From assembly GCA_964430735.1 (NCBI GenBank), contig CAYSFB010000009.1, positions 5,492-69,491 of the forward strand: 64,000 nt of DNA, in the 5' to 3' direction. The notes below the pieces were generated by a model. The model saw nothing but the letters and a program-made list of their open reading frames with translations, did not search any database and was not told the DNA's origin. The translations under genes were made by a program, and so were the position numbers. Shown one piece after another: positions 29,673-39,615 of this stretch (position 1 is its first letter; each line of letters begins with the position of its first letter). This stretch comes from an uncultured Planctomycetia bacterium (GTDB lineage Bacteria > Omnitrophota > Gorgyraeia > 2-02-FULL-51-18 > JAGOUK01).

Positions 29673-30761
29673 CTAGTGCCCTAACAGGTCGGCGGCAACT
29701 GGAGCAGGCACTTCCTGTCGGGAACGTATGACGCCCGGATCCGAAATGATCTTCCATTGAATGTCCGATTCCTCTATTCCGCCTCGTGCGTAGCCGATCC
29801 CGATCCCGTTGTTATTGAGGTCCATCGCGTGGTCGCGGGGATCGTCGGCTGTTTTATTTTCTCCCGCTTCATGGGCCGTCGTCAGCTCGAGCGCGAATTC
29901 AGCCCCGTATTCTTTGGTCAATAAGTAGCTCCACAGGACATGCCGGTAAGCATCCGAGGGGAAGCCGCGGGTTGCGCGGCCCAGCTTGCGGGCTTGGGCC
30001 GACGCATAGCGCTGGATCTCCAGCAGACGCGGCGCACGGGAGGGGTACTTGGACAGGACTGCGACTTCCGCGTCGGTGAGCCCTTCCTCAGTCAAGTCGC
30101 CGATTTGCTTGAGTTCGGCGGGGTCCAAAGCGACTGAGGTCAGACCGTTCGCGCGCTGTGACTTGAAGTTGATTTCTCCCGCGCGGCCCTCGATGGTCGT
30201 CAGGAATTTGCCGTCAAATCGGATGTCCATCGGCGTTGAACCGGCCTGAACAAAATCCATCAGCTGACCCGTCAGATCGGCTGTATCCGCCTTGAGTCTG
30301 CCGGGCGCCAGCGCATGAAGGGTGACCGGCACCAAAAACGACCGCAAGTACAGTGTTTGGGTTTTGACGGAGCTCTGCACGCGGTCGTCCTTGGCCCGCG
30401 GCTCGACCGTGATTGTCACGCCTTTTCCGGAAACGTGCCATCGGCTGAGACTCCGATCGGCAGGCGTGACCCGGATCTCTTGTGCTGTTATGGAGATGCT
30501 GAGGAACCGGCCCAAAGCACTTTTGGGATCCGGCTGTATTTCACCGGCCCCATCGAACCAAGTCCAGGCGCAGGGGAGGGTTATTCCGGTCCGGCCCACT
30601 TCCACATCTACCCTGATTCCAGCCGCTTCCAATCGGTCTTGAGCTTGTCCGACAAGGAGCCGTGTGATTTGAGGCGCCGCCAATTGCAAAGAGATGTAAA
30701 CCCCGAAGACCAACGCGATAAGCAGGATTCCAAAACGGGCAATGACAGATGATTTTGGCAT
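29673..30761 (-). CDS. Hypothetical membrane-anchored/secreted protein
   Basis: N-terminal signal anchor MPKSSVIARFGILLIALVFGVYISL. C-terminal conserved-looking segment YRHVLWSYLLTKEYGAEFALELTTAHEAGE. No confident family assignment. Confidence 0.45.
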   Translation of the reverse strand: MPKSSVIARFGILLIALVFGVYISLQLAAPQITRLLVGQAQDRLEAAGIRVDVEVGRTGITLPCAWTWFDGAGEIQPDPKSALGRFLSISITAQEIRVTPADRSLSRWHVSGKGVTITVEPRAKDDRVQSSVKTQTLYLRSFLVPVTLHALAPGRLKADTADLTGQLMDFVQAGSTPMDIRFDGKFLTTIEGRAGEINFKSQRANGLTSVALDPAELKQIGDLTEEGLTDAEVAVLSKYPSRAPRLLEIQRYASAQARKLGRATRGFPSDAYRHVLWSYLLTKEYGAEFALELTTAHEAGENKTADDPRDHAMDLNNNGIGIGYARGGIEESDIQWKIISDPGVIRSRQEVPAPVAADLLGH

Positions 30762-30844
30762 GTCCGTATTATACGTGTAAATTTAAACACTTGCTTTCCA
30801 GATCGTAATTCGTATAATCACATAACTAAATAAAAGATTGAATA

Positions 30845-31144
30845 ATGCTGTATGGAAAGATATGCTTCGGATTCCTTCAGCGTTACTCAGAAAGTTACAT
30901 GGATTTCCAAGCTTTTTTTGCCCAGCTCTCATTGAGAGCAGAAAAGGATCCTCAAATGACCGCCGCTGCCAGCTTTTTTCGTAAAAAGAAGGTTTTTAAG
31001 GCCCAATCCGTCCGAAAGGAACGCCCCATGGAAATCGTCAACCGAATCAAAAAAGAGCTCGAAAAGTCCGGGATGAACACCTCGTTTATCGGCACCAAAG
31101 CTGAGGACCTCTTAGCCCGGGTTTACTTTCCTACCGTTAATTGA
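30845..31144 (+). CDS. Small hypothetical protein (99 aa)
   Basis: ORF only, lower-GC region between divergent genes. Weak. Confidence 0.25.
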   Translation: MLYGKICFGFLQRYSESYMDFQAFFAQLSLRAEKDPQMTAAASFFRKKKVFKAQSVRKERPMEIVNRIKKELEKSGMNTSFIGTKAEDLLARVYFPTVN

Positions 31145-31230
31145 CAGCCCTGCGCGTAAGCCTTAAAATAAGCGCTTACATTTTCTTCCCAAACAACGCG
31201 CATCGGATCGGGGCGACTTCCCTTTAATTA

Positions 31231-31596
31231 ATGGAAAACTCTACCGAATACATCGCCCTTCTCATCACTTTTCTGGCCGCCTTCGGCGTTGCCGCCGCCA
31301 TGCTGACCCTGCACGTCCTGGTCGGCCCCAAGAACCCCACCGCCGCCAAGTCCAAGGCCTTCGAATGCGGCAAGGCCCCGTTCGCGCTCCCGCGCGGCAA
31401 TTTTTCGGTCAAGTTCTACCTCATCGCCATGCTCTTCATCCTGTTCGACGTCGAAATCGTCTGGTTCTTTCCGTGGGCCGTCGTCCTGCGCCAGCTCGGC
31501 TGGATCGGCATCGTCGAAATGTTCTCGTTCGTCGCCATCCTCGGCCTGGGCTTCGCCTACGCCTGGAAAAAAGGAGCCATGGAATGGGCCAAGTAA
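31231..31596 (+). CDS. nuoA: NADH-quinone oxidoreductase subunit A
   Basis: 121 aa, 3 TM helices, MENSTEYIALLITFLAAFG...ECG. Confidence 0.9.
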   Translation: MENSTEYIALLITFLAAFGVAAAMLTLHVLVGPKNPTAAKSKAFECGKAPFALPRGNFSVKFYLIAMLFILFDVEIVWFFPWAVVLRQLGWIGIVEMFSFVAILGLGFAYAWKKGAMEWAK

Positions 31597-32111
31597 CCTC
31601 GGGTTCGCCGGTCGCCGGGATCAACGTCGACAAGCTCGACTTCATGACGACGACGCTCGACGCGGCGATCGGCTGGTCGCGCAAGTTCTCCATTTTCCAA
31701 TACCCCTTTATCACGGCCTGCTGCGGCATGGAGTACATGGCGACGTCCTGCTCGCATTACGACGTCGACCGCTTCGGCGCGGGCTTTCCTCGCTTCTCGC
31801 CGCGCCAGGCGGACGTGCTCTTCGTCGTCGGAACGATAAGCCACAAGATGGCCCCGGTGCTCAAGGAAGTCTATGATCAGATGTGCGACCCCAAATGGGT
31901 CGTCGCGTTCGGTGTCTGCACCTGCACGGGCGGGTTCTACGACAATTACGCGACGGTGCAGGGGATCGACACGATCATCCCGGTGGACGTGTACATTCCG
32001 GGCTGCCCGCCGCGCCCCGAAAACGTCCTCGACGGCCTCATGAAACTCCAGGACAAGATCCAGAAGCAGGGCGTTCGCGCCGTGCAGGAAGCGCGCCCGA
32101 CCCATGTCTGA
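31584..32111 (+). CDS. nuoB: NADH-quinone oxidoreductase subunit B
   Basis: FITACCGMEYMA, CTCTGG, IPGCPPRPE Fe-S cluster N2 ligands. ATG at 31584 overlaps the nuoA stop; the ORF track's upstream extension from 31365 is rejected. Confidence 0.9.
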   Translation: MGQVTSGSPVAGINVDKLDFMTTTLDAAIGWSRKFSIFQYPFITACCGMEYMATSCSHYDVDRFGAGFPRFSPRQADVLFVVGTISHKMAPVLKEVYDQMCDPKWVVAFGVCTCTGGFYDNYATVQGIDTIIPVDVYIPGCPPRPENVLDGLMKLQDKIQKQGVRAVQEARPTHV

Positions 32112-32601
32112 CGCCGCAGCCCCTGCCACCGTTCTCGAGCCGCTCGGCGCCAAGTTCCCGCAGGAGGTCACCGACCTCAAGGCGGAACGCGGCCAGCAAT
32201 GGGGCTACGTGCAGAAGTCCGCGGTGAAAAAAGTCCTTTCTTTCCTGAAAAATGAATTCGGCTTCTCGATGCTGATCGACCTGACCTGTGTGGACTACCT
32301 CCATTGGGAGGAAAAAGCCGAGCGCTTCGAAGTCGTCTACAACCTCTACTCGCCGCAGCGCAACGAACGCATTTTTCTAAGGGCCAAGGTCGCCGAAGAC
32401 GACGCCGTCGTCGAAAGCGTCACCGGCTTGTGGGCCGGCGCCAACTGGCTTGAGCGCGAAGTCTGGGACATGTTCGGCGTGCGCTTCCAGGGGCACCCGG
32501 ATTTGCGGCGCATCCTGATGTATGAACAGTTCCAGGGCCATGCGCTGCGCAAAGATTATCCGTACAGCAAGCGCCAGCCCTTGATCGGGCCGAAGAACTA
32601 G
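32104..32601 (+). CDS. nuoC: NADH-quinone oxidoreductase subunit C
   Basis: 30-kDa subunit family block ERFEVVYNLYS...WLEREVWDMFGVRFQGHPDLRRIL. Confidence 0.85.
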   Translation: MSDAAAPATVLEPLGAKFPQEVTDLKAERGQQWGYVQKSAVKKVLSFLKNEFGFSMLIDLTCVDYLHWEEKAERFEVVYNLYSPQRNERIFLRAKVAEDDAVVESVTGLWAGANWLEREVWDMFGVRFQGHPDLRRILMYEQFQGHALRKDYPYSKRQPLIGPKN

Positions 32602-32611
32602 GCCGCGCGTT

Positions 32612-33979
32612 ATGGGTAAACCCCTCCACCCCGATTACAAGGTTACCGAATCCCGGTCGATGCTCCTGAACATCGGTCCGTCGCATCCGGCCATGCACGG
32701 CGTGATCCGGCTCGTCGCGGACCTGGACGGCGAAACGATCACCGGCATCGAAGCCGAGATCGGCTACCTCCACCGCGCCTTCGAGAAGTCCTGCGAGCAG
32801 GGCCATTACAACGTCGCGCTGCCGTATTCCGACCGCCTGAATTACGTTTCGCCGCTGATCAGCAACGTCGGCTACTGCCTTTCCGTCGAAAAACTCCTCG
32901 GCATCGAGACGACCGAGCGCACCAAGTACATCCGCGTCATCATGTGCGAGATCTCGCGCATCACGGACCATTTGACCTGTATCGGCGCCACGTCGATGGA
33001 GCTCGGCGCGTTCACGGTCTTCCTGTATATGATCAAGGCGCGCGAATACCTGTGGGAGCTTGTCGAAAACGTCACCGGCGCCCGGCTCACGATCTCGTAT
33101 GCGCGCGTCGGCGGCCTCAAGTCGGACCTTCCCGAAGGCTTCAAGGAAAAAACCCTTCACGCGCTCGCCGAGACCCGCAAGGTGCTCAAAGAAGTCGAAG
33201 CGCTGCTCAACACGAACCGTATTTTTTATGACCGCATGAAAGACACCGGCGTCATCTCCAAGGAAGACGCGATGAGCTACGGGATCACCGGACCTTTCCT
33301 GCGCTCGACCGGCATCGATCTGGACGCGCGCCGTTACGCGCCGTCGCTCGTGTACGACCGTCTCGACTTCGACGTTCCCGTGGGCGAACACGGCGACAAC
33401 CTCGACCGGTATTATGTCCGCATGGAAGAGATGCAGCAGAGCATGCGCATCATCGAGCAGGCGCTGCGCGACCTGCCCGGCGGTGAAGTGACCGTGGATC
33501 TTGCGGGCAATCCCGCCAAAGAGATTGCGATCAAGGGCGCCGACATGGTCGACGAAGCCAAGATGGGTCAGACCAAAGGATTCAAGCAAGCCGTCGTCAC
33601 CGCCGACCCCACGCTCGACGGTTCCTCCGGCGCCGCCCACGACCGCATCTACGCGCCCAACAAACTCGTCTCGCTTCCCAAAAAAGAAAACGCTTACGGC
33701 AACATCGAAGGCCTGATGAATCACTTCAAGCTCGTGATGTACGGCCACGGCATCCGTCCGCCGAAAGGCGAGGCCTATGTCCCGATGGAAGGCGCGAACG
33801 GCGAGCTCGGCTTCTTCGTCGTTTCGGACGGCACGGACAAGCCGTATCGCGTGCGCGTGCGCCCGCCCTGCTTCGCCATCATGTCCGCGCTGCACAAATG
33901 CCTCATCGGCGACCAGGTCGCGGACATCATTCCGACCTTTGGTTCGGTGAATATGATCGCAGGGGAGCTCGACCGCTAA
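32612..33979 (+). CDS. nuoD: NADH-quinone oxidoreductase subunit D
   Basis: 49-kDa subunit; LNIGPSHPAMHGVIRL, RTKYIRVIMCEISRITDHL. Confidence 0.9.
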   Translation: MGKPLHPDYKVTESRSMLLNIGPSHPAMHGVIRLVADLDGETITGIEAEIGYLHRAFEKSCEQGHYNVALPYSDRLNYVSPLISNVGYCLSVEKLLGIETTERTKYIRVIMCEISRITDHLTCIGATSMELGAFTVFLYMIKAREYLWELVENVTGARLTISYARVGGLKSDLPEGFKEKTLHALAETRKVLKEVEALLNTNRIFYDRMKDTGVISKEDAMSYGITGPFLRSTGIDLDARRYAPSLVYDRLDFDVPVGEHGDNLDRYYVRMEEMQQSMRIIEQALRDLPGGEVTVDLAGNPAKEIAIKGADMVDEAKMGQTKGFKQAVVTADPTLDGSSGAAHDRIYAPNKLVSLPKKENAYGNIEGLMNHFKLVMYGHGIRPPKGEAYVPMEGANGELGFFVVSDGTDKPYRVRVRPPCFAIMSALHKCLIGDQVADIIPTFGSVNMIAGELDR

Positions 33980-34447
33980 ATGGCGCAACTCACCGATCTC
34001 GACGCGCAGGCGCAGGCGATCCTCGCCAAATACGACCAGAAGGGCGCGGCGACGCTGACGCTTCTCCATCTGGCGCAGGACCATGTGGGCTGTGTCACGC
34101 CGGAAGTGGAACAGTGGGTCTCGAAGTGGACCGAAGTCCCGCCGGTGCATGTGCGCGAAGTCGTGACGTTTTATTCGATGTATCACCGGAAGCCCGTCGG
34201 CCGGAACCACATCCGGTTCTGCACGTCGATGAGCTGCATGCTGAACGGCGGCGACAAGCTGCTCTGCCATCTGGAAAAAAAGCTCGGCATTAAACGCGGC
34301 GAGACGACCAAGGACGGCCGTGTGTCGCTCGAAGAATCCCAGTGCCTCTGCAACTGCGAAGGCGCGCCGATGATGCAGGTGAACGACCCCTACATCACGA
34401 ACCTCACCGAGCAAAAAATCGATCAGATCGTGGACGGGCTCAAATAA
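33980..34447 (+). CDS. nuoE: NADH-quinone oxidoreductase subunit E (2Fe-2S)
   Basis: Cys ligands CTSMSC...CLCNCEGAPMM; 155 aa. Confidence 0.9.
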   Translation: MAQLTDLDAQAQAILAKYDQKGAATLTLLHLAQDHVGCVTPEVEQWVSKWTEVPPVHVREVVTFYSMYHRKPVGRNHIRFCTSMSCMLNGGDKLLCHLEKKLGIKRGETTKDGRVSLEESQCLCNCEGAPMMQVNDPYITNLTEQKIDQIVDGLK

Positions 34448-35736
34448 TGGAACCCGTCACGTCCCGCAACTTCAACGTCCCCAACGCCTGGACGATCGGC
34501 GTAGCCGAATCGCGCGGCGCGTACGAATCCGCCCGCAAGGCGCTGACGACCGGGACCCCTGCTGAAGTGGCCGAAAAAGTGAGCGCGTCCGGCCTCCGCG
34601 GCTGCGGCGGCGCGGGATTCCCGACCGCCAAAAAGTGGAGCTTCCTTCCCAAAGATTCCAAGAAGCCGATTTACCTCGTCATCAACGCCGACGAAGGCGA
34701 GCCCGGCACCTGCAAGGACCGCTACATCCTCGAGCGCGATCCGCATGCGCTGGTCGAGGGGATCATTCTCGCGTGTTTCGCGATCCGTTCGCACAAGGCC
34801 TACGTCTACATCCGCGGCGAATACGTGCTGCAGGCCCAGCGCCTGCAGGCCGCCGTCGACGAGGCTTACGCCAAAGGGTATTTGGGCGAGAAGCCGTTCG
34901 GAGCCGATTACCGTGTCGACATCACCGTCCATCGCGGCGCCGGCGCGTACATCTGCGGCGAAGAGACCGCGCTGCTCAATTCACTCGAAGGCAAGCGCGG
35001 CCTGCCGCGCCTCAAGCCGCCGTTCCCGGCCATCGTGGGATTGTTCGGCTGCCCGACCATCATCAACAACGTCGAGACGATCTCGAACGTCGCGCACATC
35101 CACCGCATCGGCCCCGAAGCCTTCGCGAACTGGGGCGGCGTGCCAGCGTCGCCGCCGCACTTGTACAGCGTGTCGGGCCATGTCGAGAAGCCCGGCGTCT
35201 ACGAGCTTCCGATGACGGTCACGCTGCGCCAGATCATTTACGACATTGCCGGCGGCGTTCGCGGCGGCCGCAAGCTCAAGGCCGTGATCCCGGGCGGTAT
35301 GTCGGCCAAAATCCTCACGCCTGCCGAGATCGACGTCAAAATGGATTTTGACAGTCTGAAAGCCGCTGGCACGATGCTCGGTTCGGGCGGCGTCATGGTC
35401 ATGGACGACACGACGTGCATGGTCAAGGCGCTTCTGTACGCCTGCAAATTCTTCGCCCACGAATCGTGCGGCCAGTGCTCGCCCTGCCGCGAGGGGACGG
35501 GTTGGGCGCTCAAGATTGTCGAACGCATTTACCGCGGCGAGGGAAGACTTGAAGACCTGGACACGCTGCTCGATATCGCCGGGCGCATGGAAGGCCGGAC
35601 CATCTGCGTGTTCGCCGACGCGGCGGCCTGGCCGATCCAGAGCTACATCGGCAAGTTCCGGCCGGAATTCGAAGATTACATCAAAAGCGGCAAGAAACCG
35701 GTCGAGCCCCTGCCGGCCGCCGCGCACGCGCACTAG
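34447..35736 (+). CDS. nuoF: NADH-quinone oxidoreductase subunit F (FMN, NADH-binding, 4Fe-4S)
   Basis: GLRGCGGAGFPTAKKW, ESCGQCSPCREGTGW. ATGA overlap with nuoE stop at 34447; the ORF track's N-extension from 34342 is rejected. Confidence 0.9.
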   Translation: MEPVTSRNFNVPNAWTIGVAESRGAYESARKALTTGTPAEVAEKVSASGLRGCGGAGFPTAKKWSFLPKDSKKPIYLVINADEGEPGTCKDRYILERDPHALVEGIILACFAIRSHKAYVYIRGEYVLQAQRLQAAVDEAYAKGYLGEKPFGADYRVDITVHRGAGAYICGEETALLNSLEGKRGLPRLKPPFPAIVGLFGCPTIINNVETISNVAHIHRIGPEAFANWGGVPASPPHLYSVSGHVEKPGVYELPMTVTLRQIIYDIAGGVRGGRKLKAVIPGGMSAKILTPAEIDVKMDFDSLKAAGTMLGSGGVMVMDDTTCMVKALLYACKFFAHESCGQCSPCREGTGWALKIVERIYRGEGRLEDLDTLLDIAGRMEGRTICVFADAAAWPIQSYIGKFRPEFEDYIKSGKKPVEPLPAAAHAH

Positions 35737-35748
35737 GATTTTTTAAAC

Positions 35749-37371
35749 ATGGCCAACATCACCATCGACGGCAAGCAGCTCACGGTCCCCGACGGCATCA
35801 TGATCATCCAGGCGATCGATCAGATGAAGGGCGACTTGCCGCGCTATTGCTACCATCCGGGCCTTTCGATCGCCGGCAACTGCCGGATCTGCCAGGTCGA
35901 AGTCGAGAAGATGCCCCGTACCGTGATCGCGTGCAACACGGCCGTCGCCGAAGGCATGGTCATCCACACCAAGTCCCCGAAGGCCCAGGCCTCCCAAAAA
36001 TTCGTCCTCGAATTCCTGCTGGCCAACCATCCGCTGGACTGCCCGGTCTGCGACCAGGCCGGCGAGTGCAAGCTGCAGGACTATTACATGCAGTACGGCA
36101 CGTACGATCCCAAGTTCAACGAAAACAAGGTGAAGAAGTCGAAGAAGGCCTTCGCCGTCGGACCCACGATCAACCTCGATCAGGAGCGCTGCATCCTGTG
36201 CTCGCGCTGCGTGCGGTTCACGGACGAAATCACCAAGACCCACGAGTTCGGCATCTTCAACCGCGGCGACCACGCCCAGGTCGACGTCTATTCCGAGCTC
36301 AACAACAAATATTCCGGCAACGTCGCCGACATCTGCCCGGTCGGCGCGCTCACCGACAAGGACTTCCGGTTCAAGATGCGCGTCTGGTACCTCGGCAAGC
36401 AGAAGTCGGTCTGCCCGGGCTGCTCGCGCGGATGCAATATTTCGATCGAGACCGAGTCCAAGCGGCCGTACCATCTGAAAAAAGAGCGCGTGATGCGGCT
36501 CAAGCCCGTCGAGAACCCCGACGTGAACAAGTGGTGGATGTGCGACGACGGCCGTTACGGCTACAAGTCCATCGACGCCAACCGCATCCAAAAAGTCCAG
36601 ACCCGCGCCGCCGGCAAGCCGGAAGAAACCACCTGGGAAAACGCGCTCGTCGCCGCCGGCCAGATCCTGACCGCCGCCGCCGCGCAACCCGGCCGCTGGG
36701 CGCTCGTGACATCGCCGCAATACACGAGCGAAGAGCTCTTTTTGCAGAAAAAGCTTTTTAAGGACATCCTCAAGATCACGCGCGTCGCCTACGCCTGGTC
36801 GTTCGATACCGGGTTCGAGGACAAATTCCTCATCAAGGCCGACAAAAACCCGAATTCGGCCGCCGCGGCGGAGATCTTCGGCGCGGCCGAGGACATCTCG
36901 AAGATCGTCGAAGCCGCCAAACGCGGCGAAATCGACGGACTCATCGTTTTTGGCCGCGACCTGGCCCGGTACGGCGCGGACACGCTGGCGGTGCTGCGGT
37001 CCAAGGTCCCGACCCTCATTTATTCCGGCGTGAACGCGAACGCGACGTCCGCAGCGGCCGACTGGGTGCTGCCGGGCGCGTCGTACGCCGAAGTCGACGG
37101 AACCTTCGTCAATTTTGAAGGCCGCGTGCAGCGCATCCGCAAGGCGCTCGAGCCGCTGGCCGACGCCCGCGCGACCTGGAAGATCGTCCAGGACCTGGCC
37201 GCGGGCCAGGGGGTGGTCTGGAAGCACAAGCGCGCGGAGGATGTCTTCGCCGCGTTGGCGCTGGAGTCAGCCGCGTTCAAGGGGCTGACCTACACGGCGC
37301 TGGAACCGCACGGCAAGCTCTGGAACTCTGCCCCCGTGGCCCAGCCAGCCGCTGCCGGAGCCGCGTCATGA
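35749..37371 (+). CDS. nuoG: NADH-quinone oxidoreductase subunit G (short form, 540 aa)
   Basis: 2Fe-2S ferredoxin N-terminus (CYHPGLSIAGNCRICQVEV), His/Cys 4Fe-4S motifs (HPLDCPVCDQAGEC, CILCSRCVRF). Confidence 0.85.
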   Translation: MANITIDGKQLTVPDGIMIIQAIDQMKGDLPRYCYHPGLSIAGNCRICQVEVEKMPRTVIACNTAVAEGMVIHTKSPKAQASQKFVLEFLLANHPLDCPVCDQAGECKLQDYYMQYGTYDPKFNENKVKKSKKAFAVGPTINLDQERCILCSRCVRFTDEITKTHEFGIFNRGDHAQVDVYSELNNKYSGNVADICPVGALTDKDFRFKMRVWYLGKQKSVCPGCSRGCNISIETESKRPYHLKKERVMRLKPVENPDVNKWWMCDDGRYGYKSIDANRIQKVQTRAAGKPEETTWENALVAAGQILTAAAAQPGRWALVTSPQYTSEELFLQKKLFKDILKITRVAYAWSFDTGFEDKFLIKADKNPNSAAAAEIFGAAEDISKIVEAAKRGEIDGLIVFGRDLARYGADTLAVLRSKVPTLIYSGVNANATSAAADWVLPGASYAEVDGTFVNFEGRVQRIRKALEPLADARATWKIVQDLAAGQGVVWKHKRAEDVFAALALESAAFKGLTYTALEPHGKLWNSAPVAQPAAAGAAS

Positions 37372-38504
37372 TGGAAGTCCTCGCCATTAAAGGTATCTTG
37401 ATTGCCGCGTTCCTCGGCATGGTGCTGAATCTCGCCGGACTTTTGACCTGGGTCGAGCGCAAGCAGAGCGCCGTCATGCAGGACCGCGTCGGCGCCAACC
37501 GCGCCTGGATCGTGTTCGGCGGTCCGTTCAAATTCCTCAACTGGATCCTTTTTCCCATCCTGTATCCGGTGAACCGCCTCGGCCTTCTGCACTCGATCGC
37601 CGACGCCGTCAAAATGTTCGTCAAAGAAGTGTTCGAGCCCGCCGGCGTCGACCGCCTGCTCTACAACATCGCGCCGGTGATTTCGGTCACGTCGGCGCTG
37701 GTGACCTTCGCCGCGATTCCGTTCGGCAACGTGCTGCAGATCGGCGGGCAGACGATCAACCTCCAGATCGCCGACGTGAACATCGGCATCCTGCTCATTT
37801 TCGCGATGCTGTCGCTGGGCGTGTACGGCGTCATCCTGGCCGGCTTTTCTTCCAATAACAATTACGCCTTCCTCGGCGGCATGCGCGCCGCGTCCCAGAT
37901 GCTGTCCTACGAAATCGCGATGGGTATTTCGATCATGGGACTCGTGGTCCTGCACGGGACGATGTCGCTGCAGCAGATGGTGCACCAGCAGGGGGAATAC
38001 TTTTTTGGCTGGCTTCCGGCCTGGGGCATCGTGACCCAGCCGCTGGCCTTCTTCATCTTTACGACCGCCGCTCTGGCGGAGACCAAGCGCGTGCCGTTCG
38101 ATCTGCCCGAAGGGGAATCCGAAATCATCGGCTATTTCGTGGAATACAGCGGCATGAAGTTCGGCATGTTCTTTTTGACCGACCTGATCGAAACCGTGAT
38201 GGTCTCGTGCCTGGTGACGACGTTCTTCTTCGGCGGTTGGCAGGTTCCGTACCTCCATGCGGACGGCTTCCACTTTCCGTGGGGTGCGGCGATCGCGTTG
38301 CCGCAGGCGGCCGTGGCGGTGATCGGTGTGGCGGCGTTTTTCCTCAAGGTGGCCTTTTTTAACTGGTTCTTCATGCTCATCCGCTGGACGCTGCCGCGCT
38401 TCCGGTATGACCAGCTCATGCACCTGGGCTGGAAAGTCCTGTTCCCGCTCTCGCTCCTCAACGTCCTCATCACCAGCCTGATCGTCGTCATGTGGGGTCG
38501 CTGA
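37368..38504 (+). CDS. nuoH: NADH-quinone oxidoreductase subunit H
   Basis: 8-TM protein with conserved VERKQSAVMQDRVGAN and GWxxxSKYAFLGG-like motifs. Confidence 0.9.
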   Translation: MMEVLAIKGILIAAFLGMVLNLAGLLTWVERKQSAVMQDRVGANRAWIVFGGPFKFLNWILFPILYPVNRLGLLHSIADAVKMFVKEVFEPAGVDRLLYNIAPVISVTSALVTFAAIPFGNVLQIGGQTINLQIADVNIGILLIFAMLSLGVYGVILAGFSSNNNYAFLGGMRAASQMLSYEIAMGISIMGLVVLHGTMSLQQMVHQQGEYFFGWLPAWGIVTQPLAFFIFTTAALAETKRVPFDLPEGESEIIGYFVEYSGMKFGMFFLTDLIETVMVSCLVTTFFFGGWQVPYLHADGFHFPWGAAIALPQAAVAVIGVAAFFLKVAFFNWFFMLIRWTLPRFRYDQLMHLGWKVLFPLSLLNVLITSLIVVMWGR

Positions 38505-39109
38505 TGGCATCCAAGACCAAAGTCCTCAAACGCCGCAAGCTGTCCTTCTGGGACAAGACGTATTTGCCCGCCGTCTTTTTGGGCCTGGCGATCACGGGCA
38601 AACACTTTTTTGTAAACGGGTTCCTGCAGACGCTGGGCCTCTTCGGCATCCGCCCGGGCGGCAAGTCCGCGGGCGCGGTGACTTTCCAGTACCCGGAGGA
38701 GCAGCGCCCCTTGTCCAAGCGCGTGCGCACGCGCCACCGGCTCATGAAGCGCGACGACGGGTCGACCCGCTGCGTGGCGTGCATGATGTGCGAAACGATC
38801 TGCCCGGCCAAGTGCATCAACATCGTCGCAGCCGAACATCCGGACCCGAACATCGAAAAAGTTCCGTCCTCCTTCGACCTCGATCTGGGCAAATGCGTCT
38901 ATTGCGGCTTCTGCGTCGAGGTCTGCCCCGAAGACGCAATCCGGATGGACACGCACATCCTCGATACCGCCTCGTATTCGCGCGGGGGGATGATGCTGAA
39001 CATGGAAGAGCTTATGAACCCGGGTTCGACCAAGGTCCAACACGCCCAGAACCCCGACGTCGCCGCTTCGGCCACCAAGCCCCCGTTCCAGCCCCCGACC
39101 CAAAGCTAG
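38504..39109 (+). CDS. nuoI: NADH-quinone oxidoreductase subunit I (2x 4Fe-4S)
   Basis: CVACMMCETICP and CVYCGFCVEVCP ferredoxin motifs. ATGA overlap with nuoH stop. Confidence 0.9.
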   Translation: MASKTKVLKRRKLSFWDKTYLPAVFLGLAITGKHFFVNGFLQTLGLFGIRPGGKSAGAVTFQYPEEQRPLSKRVRTRHRLMKRDDGSTRCVACMMCETICPAKCINIVAAEHPDPNIEKVPSSFDLDLGKCVYCGFCVEVCPEDAIRMDTHILDTASYSRGGMMLNMEELMNPGSTKVQHAQNPDVAASATKPPFQPPTQS

Positions 39110-39159
39110 TCTTTCCCGTCTAAGCCCCCCCGCAGTTCTCCAAGCCGGGTTGACTCACG

Positions 39160-39192
39160 CCGCGCCGCCCGAATGGGCGGCTTTTGTTTTGT
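39160..39192 (+). terminator. Rho-independent terminator after nuoI
   Basis: cgccgcccg-aat-gggcggc stem-loop followed by ttttgtttt. Confidence 0.7.
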
Positions 39193-39333
39193 CTTATCCC
39201 TCCTAAAAAAGTTATCCACATTTGAATAAATCCGCCCTGTTCGTCCGTCTATATAGGTAGGCGCAGGTAGTTGCAGCATCTAAAAATACATATAGATATA
39301 TTGCAATTTATAAGTATAAGCGGCATACTCTTT

Positions 39334-39615
39334 ATGGACATTGATTTTGGACATTTTGTTTGGGATGGAGACAAAGAGCGGGCCAATATCCAGAAGCACG
39401 GCGTGGACTTTGCTTTGGCATCGATGGTTTTTGAGGACCCGGCCCGTATTATTATTCACGATGAAGCGCACAGCCGGGATGAGGTGCGATACTTTTGTGT
39501 TGGAATCGTGAAGGGTCGTTTGATGACGGTCAGGTTCGTCGAGCGGGATGGAAGGGTCAGGATATTTGGAGCCGGATATTGGCGGCTAGGAAGGGAATAT
39601 TATGAAAAAGCGTGA
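39334..39615 (+). CDS. brnT: BrnT-family ribonuclease toxin (DUF497)
   Basis: FxWDxxKxxxNxxKHGV signature (FVWDGDKERANIQKHGVDF) and GRLMTVRFVERDGRVRIFGAGYWR. Sits in an AT-rich patch. Confidence 0.8.
   Translation: MDIDFGHFVWDGDKERANIQKHGVDFALASMVFEDPARIIIHDEAHSRDEVRYFCVGIVKGRLMTVRFVERDGRVRIFGAGYWRLGREYYEKA

Noticed and set aside
31145-31230. Imperfect inverted repeat gtaagc...gcttac upstream of nuoA as an operator
   Set aside because: Short, imperfect stem in a GC-rich leader; indistinguishable from chance.
31365-31583. N-terminal extensions given by the ORF track for nuoB (from 31365), nuoF (from 34342), alpha-E (to 50294), nuoL (to 46203) and others
   Set aside because: The extensions are Arg/Pro-rich and overlap the upstream gene. 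Conserved N-termini begin at internal ATG/GTG codons that overlap the upstream stop (ATGA/GTGA coupling).
32420-38510. Large antisense ORFs over nuoD-nuoH (32420..34414 -, 35743..37227 -, 37290..38510 -) and the + strand ORF 44257..46206 over nuoL
   Set aside because: They overlap well-supported nuo genes on the other strand; translations are Arg/Gly/Asp-rich low complexity; high-GC artefacts.
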